A DNA stretch of 61,465 nt, filler included, from Dugesia japonica (Eukaryota): the NCBI GenBank assembly GCA_001938525.1. It is 5 parts of 5 records of this genome, joined end to end, with 100 filler letters (N's around TTAATTAATTAA, not from the genome) between each part and the next. Parts side by side here need not be neighbours in the genome. Positions count along the whole stretch, not along the records: positions 1 to 12,263 come from MQRL01591342.1; 4 more parts are not named here. The stretch is one strand, 5' to 3'. The position numbers were made by a program, and so were the translations under genes. The notes under the pieces were generated by a model. That model worked only from the letters and a program-made list of their open reading frames with translations, had not been told where the DNA came from and ran no database searches. Positions 1 to 12,263 of the stretch are shown in pieces (the stretch's first letter is position 1; every line of letters begins with the position of its first letter).

Positions 1-1
1 A

Positions 2-79
2 TATTATGTAAAGTGGCATGGATATCAAAAACCTTCTTGGATATTAGCATCACAGTTACTTAATAATGACAATACATAA
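2..79 (+). CDS. C-terminal chromodomain of a Polinton/Maverick integrase (partial, runs off window start)
   Basis: Frame 2 reads YYVKWHGYQKPSWILASQLLNNDNT*. This matches the YxVKWxGY...SW chromodomain that ends Polinton integrases, and it overlaps the start of a minor-capsid ORF, the usual Maverick gene order. Confidence 0.75.
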   Translation, partial: YYVKWHGYQKPSWILASQLLNNDNT

Positions 80-671
80 TTTCTATACAATTTTACCGAG
101 TAATAGCAGTCCGCGTATTCATCCTGATAATAGTTTTAGTAAATTCATTGTTGAGCTTCAAAATACATTATATTTTGAAGGTAGTTGGGAAGTAGCATTG
201 TTAGATTTTACNNNNNNNNNNNNNNNNNNNNNNNNNNNNNNNNNNNNNNNNNNNNNNNNNNNNNNNNNNNNNNNNNNNNNNNNNNNNNNNNNNNNNNNNN
301 NNNNNNNNNNNNNNNNNNNNNNNNNNNNNNNNNNNNNNNNNNNNNNNNNNNNNNNNNNNNNNNNNNNNNNNNNNNNNNNNNNNNNNNNNNNNNNNNNNNN
401 NNNNNNNNNNNNNNNNNNNNNNNNNNNNNNNNNNNNNNNNNNNNNNNNNNNNNNNNNNNNNNNNNNNNNNNNNNNNNNNNNNNNNNNNNNNNNNNNNNNN
501 NNNNNNNNNNNNNNNNNNNNNNNNNAAACATTAAAACTTAAAATATCTTATCAAATATTAACTAAGAATGAAGTAAAATTTAAAGATGAATTATACTTGC
601 CGGATTTAACTCAATTAGTGACTTATTTCTTACAAAATTTTTCGCATATATTTAAAGAATTTAATATATAA
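66..671 (+). CDS. Polinton/Maverick minor capsid protein (PX/penton), N-terminal part, gapped and truncated
   Basis: FYTILPSNSSPRIHPDNSFSKFIVELQNTLYFEGSWEVALLDF matches the FYxxLPSNSS..PxN....F...L...I.L.G.WEVxL motif of Maverick PX proteins. A 315-N gap lies inside. Confidence 0.75.
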   Translation: MTIHNFYTILPSNSSPRIHPDNSFSKFIVELQNTLYFEGSWEVALLDFXXXXXXXXXXXXXXXXXXXXXXXXXXXXXXXXXXXXXXXXXXXXXXXXXXXXXXXXXXXXXXXXXXXXXXXXXXXXXXXXXXXXXXXXXXXXXXXXXXXXXXXXXXTLKLKISYQILTKNEVKFKDELYLPDLTQLVTYFLQNFSHIFKEFNI

Positions 672-699
672 AATGATGCAATCATGATGATAAATCATG

Positions 700-837
700 A
701 TTATATTTCCTTATTGTATTGGAGACTGCTTTTAGGCTAACATCTTCGAGTTTCGCAATTGCTCTCATAGATATTCCATTTTCATTACGCCAAATGTCTA
801 CAATTCTTTTTCTCTGGTCAGGATTAAGTCCTTGCAT
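700..837 (-). mobile_element. Tc1/mariner-type transposase N-terminal HTH fragment
   Basis: Minus strand from ATG at 837: MQGLNPDQRKRIVDIWRNENGISMRAIAKLEDVSLKAVSKY, a paired-like HTH (S.RAIAK...VS..AV). It truncates the PX gene. Confidence 0.55.
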
Positions 838-1090
838 TTTATTCAGTAATAAAGATTTTTAATAATTGATTTTNNNNNNNNNNNNNNNNNNNNNNNNNNN
901 NNNNNNNNNNNNNNNNNNNNNNNNNNNNNNNNNNNNNNNNNNNNNNNNNNNNNNNNNNNNNNNNNNNNNNNNNNNNNTTTATACTACTGACGAAAATGAA
1001 GTTTGTTAAATAAAAATTTTTATTCTGGAATAATCAACATTTTCGAATTATATATTAATATAGTTACAGAAAAAAACAATTAATATTTAC

Positions 1091-4000
1091 CTTCAGACAT
1101 GTCTTTAGTATCGAATTCAACAAGTGGCTGGAGAAAAAAATATAAAATAATTCGTACAATTAATACACTAACTCTTAGCAAGTAACTAGTTTCCCAGATA
1201 CATATATGTCCATTTTCTCCGATTGTTGCAGCATATCGATTACCTGCAGATTTTGCAATGAGAATAATCTGAAACAATAAAGTTCACAAACAAATCAAAC
1301 ATATTATTAAATAAATATATTGAATAAATCCACTGTTGTAACTTGTTACTATAATAACAATTAAAAAGTAATCATTCAACATTTCAATATTATTATCAAA
1401 CCAAAATCTTAAAATAGTTTTCACGACTAGTAAATGCAAGATCCCATGATGAGCAATAAAGCACAAACTATTTAATATTTTAATTTAATTAAATTTTAAT
1501 TTAGTATAATACCATAGCTGTTTTAAATTTTTAATAGATGAACTAGTTTTTCATTAATTTAAAATACTTATTTATAATTAAATTTAATTTCTCATCTAAA
1601 CAAAAATTTAGAATTTCCAATTAATTAAAATATTACAATTACTTATATTATATGTTTAGCAAAGCAAAATTTTGTGAAGCTCAGAGATTTTCTTATCAAA
1701 ATGTTTAATTTTCCTATATTATACATCAATCTTCTCACTATTCGAATGACAGGGTATTTTAATTATCAAATTGAAGTAATAATTTTCAGATTTCTTTTAT
1801 TCATTGATAGCAATTCTTTTAGAAACTGTGTGCCACAATTGCAACACGAAATGCATTGATCTATATTTCCAATAATTTTCATAAACATGACGATCGTGCG
1901 CGCGTTATCTTATTTATTCATACTGTGGATAGAGCGTCGCGCAAGATTAAAATTTAATTCATTGGAACCAGATTTCTAATCTAACTTTTTGCCACATTGA
2001 AAATTAAAACTTTTAAGATTAAAAACGAATGAAATAAATTAAATATTTTTTATACTTTTAATTTCTGCAATAATTTAAATTTTACAAAATTAATAATTTA
2101 GATTGTTTCGTAATTAAAACAAATATTCTTTTTGATATAGTTTCTAATTTGAAAAATGCCTTTAGAATAATAAGAAAAACAATTCCTGAAGTTAATTCCC
2201 AAAGAAAACAATTGTCAAAAATTCGACTTAATAATAATAATAATACAAAAATAAAAAATAACATTTTGATATAAGCTTTTTAATTTATTGAAACTTTAAA
2301 AAAATCAATATTTTGGAAAATAAAAATTAATATCTCTTCTGGAATTTTGAAAAGTTGAGCATTTAGAATCTTGTATTAGGTTCTGAAACAGTTAGTCAAC
2401 CTTTGGTCAATGTTTAAGTTAACCCTTAGATGAGGCGAATTGTGGCGGTCCATCAGTCTTTGACAATAGCAAATTAAAGAAGATAATCGTACCTGATCCA
2501 GCTAAAACAACCATAGAAGTTTTCGAGGAACTCGATTTTGACCATTCGGCAGTACTTAGTCATTTAAAGCAAATTGGAAAGATGAAAAAGATGAATAAGT
2601 GGGTGCCGAACAGCTGATAGATTTTGAAAAAAAGCGGTGAAATATTTTATTTGTTAAAATTCAAATATTAACCAATTTTTTGTATTATTGATACTACATA
2701 TGTTTTTAGGCTTGGTGTGAATTTTATTAAACAATTAGAAGTACTTTTGATGAATTTTTGGGCACATTTGTTTTATGTGCTCAAAATATGATAATTTTTG
2801 GTTTCTAAAGCTTCATGTTCGTTTTAAAGGTTAAAAAATTTAGAAATCTGAAAATTTAAACAAATGTGACCAAATTTCACCAATTTACCACAAAATTTTA
2901 AAATATGTAGAAAAATCTTAAAACTTTAAACAAATTCGACGTTTTCCATGAATTTCCGTAAAAATTCAATCCAAAATTACCAATCCCGAGGAAAAATTAG
3001 ACCAATTTCACCTAAACCATGGCTATGGGTGGGTACGCGATAACTGTGCTAGTGCTTTACTATCAATTAAAAAATTAATTGTATACCTTATTTCCACAGA
3101 ATTGTTTATGTATTTGCTTGGAATTCATTATATTACTACCTATTTATATGATATAAAACTTCTTTGCAATCTTAATGCTTTAAAAATTCAAAAGACAAAT
3201 AAAACTTTGTTATAGATAATATATCATTAAATAAATATGCAACAGTGAATTTAGTAAAAGCTTCAAATAAAATTTGGAAAATCATGGTAATTATTTTTTT
3301 AATTAATAATTTTTTTGAAATTATTTTCTATGCTGGATAATCAAACAGTTTTAAAATTTCTAATTGTCAATCGATTAGCTAAAACGAAAACCATTGAAAC
3401 GATTAGTGTAATTGAAAATGAATTGTTGAAGTATAACGAAGGTAATATACATTTTAAAAAATTTTTAAAGCTGTTTTAATAGAAACAAAGTTTAATAAAT
3501 CTACTTATAGTTTCCTGAGATATCTTGAAAAAGACTATGATAGTGGCTTTGCTAGATTTAAAATGTAAAAAAAATCAACAGTTGCTGGAATCCAATTTAA
3601 TAGAAAAGCAAATAAAAATTTCTGGAACGCCATGAAAATCATGGTCAGAATCAAGTGAAAGAAGTAAAAGGTGAAAGGTACAGCAAGTATGTGGTAAAAT
3701 TGAGTTAAACTGATTCTTGCCAAAAACATCTTTTTATGCGGCCAAAGATTTGTGGAAACAAATACGATAAATATCTATAGATCATTTGATTTTAGTGTGA
3801 CTGGAGAAAAAGAAAAGATTTTATCTCTTCAGTAAACGAAATAAACTGATAAGATAATATGTAAAAATAAAAATAAATTTACTTGTTCAGATGAGGAATG
3901 TTTATTTGCCGTCATTGTTGCTTCTGAAACTGAATACACAATAATTTTTTAATCAGATAAATGGAAATTAATCTTACTAGAGAGAGGAACATTTTTTGTG

Positions 4001-6348
4001 CACTGTTTTTCGACAAATGTGCATTTATGTACACCATTTTTATTAGAAGGTTCGTAGTTGGCTATCAAATTGGAAATCTTTAAGTCACATTGGAAACATA
4101 ATATTCGATCATTTTCATTTTCTTTTGGATCATGATAAAATCCAACTTTCGACAAATTTTCTGGAGTCAGATTTCTACATTAAATTGATACATAAATTAT
4201 TTCTCAACAGAATTATTTCAAAATTCAAAATTGCATCATCGTATAACTTGAACAATGAGCTGAAAATATATTATAAATCATTTTATAGTATTTTTGACTG
4301 TCAATGAGGGAAAAATAACGTTCATCAGCTTTTTACTTCCATAACAATAATAGGTTATAGATCAGCGATATGACCCACGTTTTTATTTTTAAAAATTTTT
4401 AAAATTTTATATAATAATTGTATATAATATATATAATTTCCTAAAATTAAAGAGAAATAAAAATTAAAAGTATTAAAAAATTAAAGTATAAGTTTCTAGT
4501 GTTGAAATTATCAAAAAGTAGGTATGATATTAGTCTGTTTTAATGTGTTAATTAAATTATTAATGCATTTTTTAATTCATTATTAAAAGATTCACCATCA
4601 TTGCTATAGATGTTTATTTTCATTTTAAAGTTACTATTTATGAAAGTTATTCCCAATGAGATATATCAAGAAAACAAAATGAAAACGTTAAACCTAAAAT
4701 CGAAATTGAGAGCAATTCCTTAAATTTCTTTATTTTGCTTTTATATTTATTGTTTTATGATTAATCAAATTAAGTGTAAAATAACGAAGAAATTAAGAAA
4801 CCATGAAAATACTTGTATTTTTCANNNNNNNNNNNNNNNNNNNNNNNNNNNNNNNNNNNNNNNNNNNNNNNNNNNNNNNNNNNNNNNNNNNNNNNNNNNN
4901 NNNNNNNNNNNNNNNNNNNNNNNNNNNNNNNNNNNNNNNNNNNNNNNNNNNNNNNNNNNNNNNNNNNNNNNNNNNNNNNNNNNNNNNNNNNNNNNNNNNN
5001 NNNNNNNNNNNTAGAATATCCTTTAGTCGACAATTAATTGTTGCCATATTCCACTGAAATTAAATTTTCAGATAAATTTTACATGACATTTTATAAAATA
5101 TATTCTTTCTATTTATAAGGAAATAATTAATAATAATTTCATCTAAAAGAAATATAAGTATCATGAATTTTTAACATACAAGATGCAATTAAGACATTAA
5201 TTGCTTAACCAATGTCTAGAAAGCAACAGTCGGCCGACAGTGGTGTGACGAACTCAGAAAGTGCTCAAATCACTCTTACCATATGTTGTTTGGGTGTTCG
5301 TTGATAAGACTATAGTAGCATCCTCACTTAATTTCAGTTAAAGTTTAAAACAAAATTATTGTGTTTATGTTGATGTCTAGAAGTAGTTCTGACTAGCATT
5401 GATTTAATACAAATTTCACATTGCGGTGGGGCTACAATCTGAACTCCGATGGTCTCAGCGGAGTAATCACTATCGGTCTCGTTTGTGCAACGAAAAAGAG
5501 TAGTTCTTACACTTTCAACATAGACGAGCTATTCTATCTTTGGGACAGAAAATTAATTTGAGGTAAATTCACACATTTGTTTACTGGGTTTCATCTTCCT
5601 TATTGTATTCACTTTGTAAAATAATGTTACATTGCTAATAAAATTTGAATTGTTTCATAAATTCAATTATATAAATTAAATAATCATTGCACTTAATAGG
5701 TTGAGTTAGATAATACAAAAATCTATATAAAATAAGATTTGTCCTATTTTATATTATGATAAAATGACGCTTAGAATAGTTATTTCATTATGTGACAGTT
5801 GTACCAAAAATCTATATTTTATTGCTCCCCAAAAGTAATTAAGTTGAAAAATATTGTGAATAATTTTTATAAATAAAATAAGAAATAAAATTTCAGACCA
5901 TTTTTTAATATACAGTGAACTTTGCTTAAAGAGAACATCAACGGGACCGGCGATTTTTGTTCTCCATAATCGAAGTTTCTATTTAAGCAGAGTACANNNN
6001 NNNNNNNNNNNNNNNNNNNNNNNNNNNNNNNNNNNNNNNNNNNNNNNNNNNNGGACATCAATCTTTATTTATTGAGGTGTATAACATCATAAAAAATCAA
6101 AAAGATTTTCATCTATTCTAGAATTCATTATATCAATCAATCATCAATTATAATCACCTAACAAAAATCCAAAATTTTATCTATTAAAAAATTTATTACC
6201 AATAATAATTATTAATAATAAATAATCATGTATAATTTAAAAAATTTGAGTTTAATAATAGAAATGGAGCAAAAATTTTATTTGTATAAACAAAATAATA
6301 TTTCATCTATAATATTATTTTAATATTATTCATAATATTTATTATAAC

Positions 6349-6412
<64 letters not shown>

Positions 6413-9400
6413 NNNNNNNNNNNNNNNNNNNNNNNNNNNNNNNNNNNNNNNNNNNNNNNNNNNNNNNNNNNNNNNNNNNNNNNNNNNNNNNNNNNNNNNN
6501 NNNNNNNNNNNNNNNNNNNNNNNNNNNNNNNNNNNNNNNNNNNNNNNNNNNNNNNNNNNNNNNNNNNNNNNNNNNNNNNNNNNNNNNNNNNNNNNNNNNN
6601 NNNNNNNNNNNNNNNNNNNNNNNNNNNNNNNNNNNNNNNNNNNNNNNNNNNNNNNNNNNNNNNNNNNNNNNNNNNNNNNNNNNNNNNNNNNNNNNACCAA
6701 GTTTCTTTGATGGTCTCAGTCGAAATGCCGAAGATTGGATGCTCTCAACAAAAGATTTTGAGAAATTCAATCAAATGGAATTTGCTTTTGCGTTAGATAT
6801 GCTTCTAAGAGGTGATGCGAAACAGTTGAGAGAAGAATTTACCTGTTCAAATGATTCTTTTACCAAAAGGTCGAAAAATGGTTTATGGAAACATTTAAAA
6901 ATACAAAATCGATTGATGATAAAGTAAAGGAATTATCTATAATAAAACAGAGAACAGACTAGAAGTATAGAAATTTTGATTCTGATTCTCTTTAATATAA
7001 TTTTAATGTAATTTTTTTTAATTTATGACGTAAATTCAACATTGACAGGTTAGTTCGTTCACCATGGGTTATCGGTGGCGTGGGTATCAACAGCGGCGAA
7101 ATATTTTTTCGACTGGTATTATTCAGAAACAGAAATACTATCATCGGTGTTTTATTAAAATGTGTTGAAGTGGGTACAATAATCAACTGATTATTGGAGA
7201 GATTACATAAATCTCGAGGCTGTGAGATACAGACATTTAACTTTAAACCATAGCCTTAATTTATTTGGTTCAATTACTCACGCAAATACGCAAGCCATAG
7301 AAAATAGGTGGAACGTTTATAAATGCAAATACAGAGCCCGATTTATTACAAGTAGAAGTGATTTAAGTTTGATGTTTGCAAAATTTAAAAGAGAAATCTT
7401 AAATATTATAATGTCAAACTTGAATAAATTTGATTGATTAAAAATTATTTATCAATTACAAATTAATTAATTACAAATTATTAATTACAAATTATTAATT
7501 ACAAATTATTTGTCAATTTAAAGTTTTTCTTAAATTAGTTTAAAATATATCAAATAAATATCTTGGGTTTTTATTTAATTATTATATTACTACATTAATT
7601 ATTTAATATTTACTCGCAAAGCCGGATACTAGCCAAAATAATTTTTAAAGTCAATTTAAACCAAATTTTATATATTATTCTCTATCGATTAGTCGGTGAA
7701 AGATCAAATTGATTTTTCATTCATTTATTATTTATAAATAAAATAACATTTCATATATTTTAGAAATAAATTTCTATTAATCGAATTATATTTGAATTTC
7801 ATGTTGTTAAAACCCTATTGTAAACATTTTTGATATAATTCTTTTCAAAACTATAATTTTATTGATTTTATTTTCCCTTTCTAATTAATCAACATTTACA
7901 TAAAGTTGAAATCTGGGATGATAATTCAAATAATGCTTGTTTAATATCTTTTTTATTTATTAAATGATTCTATTAAATTAAATTTAGATGGATAAACCTT
8001 TATTTATTAATAAAATTAATTTTATGAACTTTAAAATTCTAGTTTTAAATCATGGATATTACTAAAGAGCATATTAGACATTGCATGGGTTTAAGATCAG
8101 TGTCAACGCAACGGTAGCAACCAATAATATTTGTGCCATATTTCAGATGTCATTGGTGTCCATTCCAAAAGTTTTGAAAAAGAAATTTTGATATGAAAGA
8201 CAACCCAAAATCGGGGCACCAACTCTAGTAGATGATGACATTTTGCTTGAAAATGTCGAATTAAAACATTGTCAATCGACACATAATTTGGAACACACAT
8301 TTGGTTGCGATCAGTAAATGATTTGGAATCATTTGGAAAGCATAGGAAAAATCTGTAAGCTCAGTATTTGGATTCAGCACAAGCTGGAAGATGAGAATAG
8401 AATTCAAAGAACAACCACTCTCAAGAATACTCGCCGAACTATTTTTGATCGCTTAATAACTGGTAATAAGAAATGGTTTCTATATGTCAACAACAAAAGA
8501 GATAGACAATTGTTAAATCCTAACCAGTCACTCATACCAACTGTCAGTTCTGGTCGAAAGTGTTATTGTCTGTTGGTGGAATATCCACGGTATTGTGTAT
8601 TGGGAGCTATTAGATGAGAATCGAACCATTAATGTGGAACTCTATGCTCAACAATTAGAGAAATATGTGTCAAAATATAAAATATGTGGTCATGCAACAC
8701 GATAATGCAAAGCCAAATACTGCTCGATTAATTTGGAAGCTTGAATGGGATGTCTTACCACATCTACCATATTTTCCTGACATCACACCACCAGATTATT
8801 ATTTATTTCGATTTCTTCAAAATCATTTGAATGACAGGAGTTTCAAGATAAAAAAGCCATTAAATAGAGATCTCGACCTTTGTCGACTCAAAGGAAGCGA
8901 AATGTTTTCGCAAAGGCATTGAAGCTATAATTTAAATATATACTTAAAAATCGCAATTACTTTGTACCTTTAATGACTTATTAAATATTTAAAATTAATT
9001 AATTTTTGAAAAAATCCATTTTTGTTTATTTATATAGTATTATCAATAATCTGATATTTATTATTCTCGATATGGATATCACGTCAATAATAATGGATAT
9101 TTGAAATCTAAATGTAGTAAATTAACTAAGCAAATGCTTACAAAATTAAGAAATTGGAATCGTGTTAGTAATTCTTATCCAGAGTTCGGTGGGATTGCAA
9201 AATTTAAAATGATAAAAGTTCGTGATTTAACGACTGGATATTATTCATATAAAGAACATGATAAGGCTTTTAATATTTTTCCATGATGTAAAATGTACAC
9301 AAGTTTATAAAATTATGTTCGAAGTAAATATTAGAGTTTATTAAAGCAAAAATATTATTACTGATTTAGAATTTTTAATGATTTTGTGAAAAAGACAAGC

Positions 9401-10257
9401 ATAATTTTAAGAAAATAGTTTGGTTCTCGTAAAATATTCGAATCAATACACTATTGATTGTTTAAGTTAGAAGCTCGATTCAGCTAATCTCTCTAAATTA
9501 TAAAGAGCCATGATAAATTTTAGTTTCATTCTATCTCGATTTGTTCTAATAAAAGTTTCAAGTTTAGAATATTTTATTTTTGAAAATTTACAATGAAGCT
9601 TTGTAATATTTTTGTAATTTTCACTAAGATTAATAATAACCTTTAAAAAATAAATACAAATTGATTAAATTCAAATTTTTAATAGATTTTTTAAAAATTA
9701 TTATAAAATATTATTTTAAAGTTTTTAAAATTAAATTAAATTATAAAGTTCAAACTTGATCAAAGTGTTGGCTTTCATTTGAAAAATACTGAAATTCCAA
9801 TTTATCTCGATTCATCCAATTAACTTCGTCCATTTTCAGAAGATCGATTAAATTCTGACCTTCTAGCACTGGGAGATCAATGAATATTCGTTCATGATCC
9901 AACTTTCGAGTTTGTAGTAAACTCTCAAATAATAGAATGTCCCCGAATTTCGATCGGCAATTAAAGACATTCCCTCGAGCGAACATGATTTTTTCTTTAC
10001 CCAGAAGTTGAATAACTATATTACTGTTAGCTGAAATTATTAGTTAAATAAATTTTAATAAATTTTAAATTTTAAATACATTNTCCTGTTAAATCAAATG
10101 TTTGAATAATATGTCCTTTTTCTGGATCCATAACTATTATTGATTGATTGTTTGCATAAACAATAGCATTAATTGCTGGAAAATAACACCATTCTTTAAT
10201 TATACCGCTTAAAGTAAGTCGAAAATTTTCAGAAATATTCATTTCAAAAATATTCAT
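1091..10257 (-). CDS. BIRC6: BIRC6/Bruce/Apollon-like gene, 5' exons (N-terminal beta-propeller and BIR). Exons ~10080-10257, 9756-10030, ~5400-5528, 3978-4174, 3883-3929, 1173-1268, 1091-1127
   Basis: Spliced exons are collinear with the BIRC6 N-terminus: WCYFPAINAIVY..IIVMDPEKGHIIQ (~YHPALNAIL..IKVIDGTSG), FNCRSKFGDILLFESLLQT..IDLPVLEGQNL (~GCRKDLNGILLLDTALQT..LELPVTEAQQL), LVYVESVRTTLF (~LMYSEANRRETF), GFYHDP..DRILCFQC..CTFV..TKNVPLS (~GFYHQP..DRAMCFTC..CPFV..TQNVPLS), GHICIWETS (~GKICIWDVS). GT-AG boundaries keep phase at the four junctions I resolved. The middle exons and the 5400-5528 exon's boundaries are unresolved. Confidence 0.8.
2426..2617 (+). mobile_element. mariner (DD34D) transposase fragment in a BIRC6 intron
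   Basis: LDEANCGGPSVFDNSKLKKIIVPDPAKTTIEVFEELDFDHSAVLSHLKQIGKMKKMNKWVPN: the second HTH plus the WVP(HEL) linker of mariners. Confidence 0.8.
3480..3760 (+). mobile_element. Possible Transib-like transposase N-terminal fragment (degraded)
   Basis: ISGTP*KSWSESSERSKR*KV resembles the GRP.K.F..SSERSKRRK motif of Transib-type transposases. Many stops. Confidence 0.35.
5910..5996 (+). mobile_element. pogo/Tigger-like element end (TIR), runs into a gap
   Basis: TA|CAGTGAACTTTGCTTAAAGAGAACATC..GGGACCGGC has the CAGTxxAC..CxxTTAA..GGGAC pattern of pogo-like TIRs after a TA dinucleotide. Confidence 0.4.
6349..6412. repeat. (AAT)n microsatellite; similar tracts at 47628-47681, 52546-52625 and 53590-53658
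   Basis: Direct trinucleotide repeats abutting assembly gaps. Confidence 0.95.
6697..6927 (+). mobile_element. Ty3/Gypsy gag fragment
   Basis: PSFFDGLSRNAEDWMLSTKDFEKFNQM..ALDMLLRGDAKQL fits the P..FDG....A..W.....L.G.A pattern of retrotransposon Gag. Confidence 0.55.
7029..7437 (+). mobile_element. Merlin (IS1595/ISXO2-like) DDE transposase pseudogene fragment
   Basis: RKFNIDRLVRSPWVIGG..RNRNTI..GTII/TDYWRDYINL..YRHLTLNHSLN..HANTQAIENRW carries the Merlin motifs WVFGG, SDxWxxY, HxTVNHS and HTQxIExxW. One frameshift. Confidence 0.85.
8052..8965 (+). mobile_element. mariner (DD34D) transposon, near full-length pseudogene
   Basis: MDITKEHIRHC.., WIQHKL, RLITGNKKWFLY, MQHDNAKPNTAR, WDVLPHLPYFPDITPPDYYLFRFLQNHL. 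A 3' TIR remnant AATCGCAATTACTTT lies at ~8950. Multiple frameshifts. Confidence 0.9.
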
Positions 10258-11477
10258 TTCAAAAATTGAGGTTACTCTTATATTAAATTATTAACGATTT
10301 AAAACAAAATTGAAATTTTTTAAAGTCAAATTATGACATTATATTTTAAAATTGTTTCAGATATATTTATGTTTATGTAATTATAATAAAATATTATTTA
10401 CGTATTTATACTTCATTGTGCAATTAATATCATTTTCAATTATTGATTAGTACTTTCAATATCTTCAGACATTTTGTAATGAATAATTTCAATGGTCATA
10501 TTATTTATTAGTATGACTATTGAAAAAAATAGTCATACTATTAGGAGTTATCCGTTAGGTACTGAAAAATTTGAGATATACTTAAAGAAGGTAGTAAGAT
10601 TAGTTATGTCATTTTTTTAAACAAGAAATTAACAGAAGAAATAATTTGACAAAAATGTTGGTTTTCTGTACAGAAAAAAGGAACTTTAGAGAAAATAACT
10701 TTGCACAACATTAGGAAGGTCAAGGATGTGAAGAAAACCTTAAAATTATTTGAAAACCNNNNNNNNNNNNNNNNNNNNNNNNNNNNNNNNNNNNNNNNNN
10801 NNNNNNNNNNNNNNNNNNNNNNNNNNNNNNNNNNNNNNNAAAAGAACCATTAATCAAAGAAATATGATCAAGAAGAAAAAACAAGACGATTTGAAAATGT
10901 AATAAAGTCAGGCATTTTAAACAGGATTTTTGGAATAAACCTGTAGTTGAATGTTAGAAATGTCACCAGAGAGTACATGTTATCTGAAATTGTCAGGTGA
11001 AGCCAGAAGTTCAATGTTATCGCTGTATACTGTAAGTAGATGGATAGTAGCGCAAGGGGTCAACCCCCGCAGGGGAAAAAATTATCTGACCCGATTTTTA
11101 GCGTTTTGATTGGTCTCAAACACGTTTCTAGCGTTTTTGATTAGTCGAAATTTTAAATTTAAGGTCAAGTGACACCGATNNNNNNNNNNNNNNNNNNNNN
11201 NNNNNNNNNNNNNNNNNNNNNNNNNNNNNNNNNNNNNNNNNNNNNNNNNNNNNNNNNNNNNNNNNNNNNNNNNNNNNNNNNNNNNNNNNNNNNNNNNNNN
11301 NNNNNNNNNNNNNNNNNNNGTTCAAATTAATTGATTTTTAAAATTTGTTTAAATTTACGGATTTTTGAGATTTTCATTAAATTAAATGAGTTAATGATTT
11401 TTATGGATTTTTCACAAAAAATCAATGGTATACCTATTTGGTTTAAATTTGCAAATTTTGAAGTGAATTTACCCCGT

Positions 11478-11550
11478 GCAATATTAACAAAAATAATTAT
11501 CGCTCCGGGCAATATTAACAAAAATAATTATCACTCCGGGCAATATTAAC
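11478..11550. repeat. 31-bp tandem repeat (~2.3 copies)
   Basis: GCAATATTAACAAAAATAATTATC(G/A)CTCCGG repeated. Confidence 0.85.
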
Positions 11551-11867
11551 ATTAGAAGCTTCTAAGACAATATTAATAATAGTATATATAAAAGACAAAT
11601 GAAAAGACTTATCAAAACATAAAATTTATTATTGATAAAACACAGATAATCACAGTCATTGTGTACAGTTGTTTAAATCTAGATCTTCATTGTAAATGAG
11701 ATCTTAATAGTACAAATTAATTAGTTTAAACAATATAAATTACCTGTAAATGTACTTCATTTCATCTGAGTCTTATTTATTATAGAATAATTCCGNNNNN
11801 NNNNNNNNNNNNNNNNNNNNNNNNNNNNNNNNNNNNNNNNNNNNNNNNNNNNNNNNNNNNNNNNNNN

Positions 11868-12260
11868 GTTTTTTGTTCCTATTCTAAATTGGTTGACTTA
11901 AACCTCTTTACTATAATTGTAACAATCAAGGTATGACTGATGATAAATGTCAGCATCTTTCAATGCCCTTTTCATGCCATTAGCCTTTATCTATTCTTTC
12001 TCGCTAAGTAAGCTATAACACCTCAGTCTCAGAAAAAACCATTTTTCATATTTCCTTCCTTTATTTTNNNNNNNNNNNNNNNNNNNNNNNNNNNNNNNNN
12101 NNNNNNNNNNNNNNNNNTCTTTGGTAAGGGTAACTTGTTGCATGTATATTGCAGCCTTTGTTAATTCCCAAATAGGTATTGTGATATTACCAATTTTCTT
12201 GAAATTCAGTATCTCCACCATGATCTTATATGTGTTGATAATTATTTTCTCAGAATTAAT
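11868..12260 (-). pseudogene. Polinton-type protein-primed DNA polymerase B, C-terminal fragment
   Basis: FLRLRCYSLLSEKE*IKANGMKRALKDADIYHQSYLDC..VNQFRIGTK matches the pPolB C-terminus (LR.K.YS..KAKG.K....H..Y.DCL). Gapped, with stops. Confidence 0.6.
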
Positions 12261-12263
12261 GTA

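Noticed and set aside
3949-4155. A Polinton-encoded viral IAP
   Set aside because: The BIR exon is spliced and collinear with host BIRC6 exons on both sides.
10509-10541. 13-bp inverted repeat TAGTATGACTATT...AATAGTCATACTA upstream of BIRC6
   Set aside because: A real hairpin, but there is no evidence of function; probably transposon debris.
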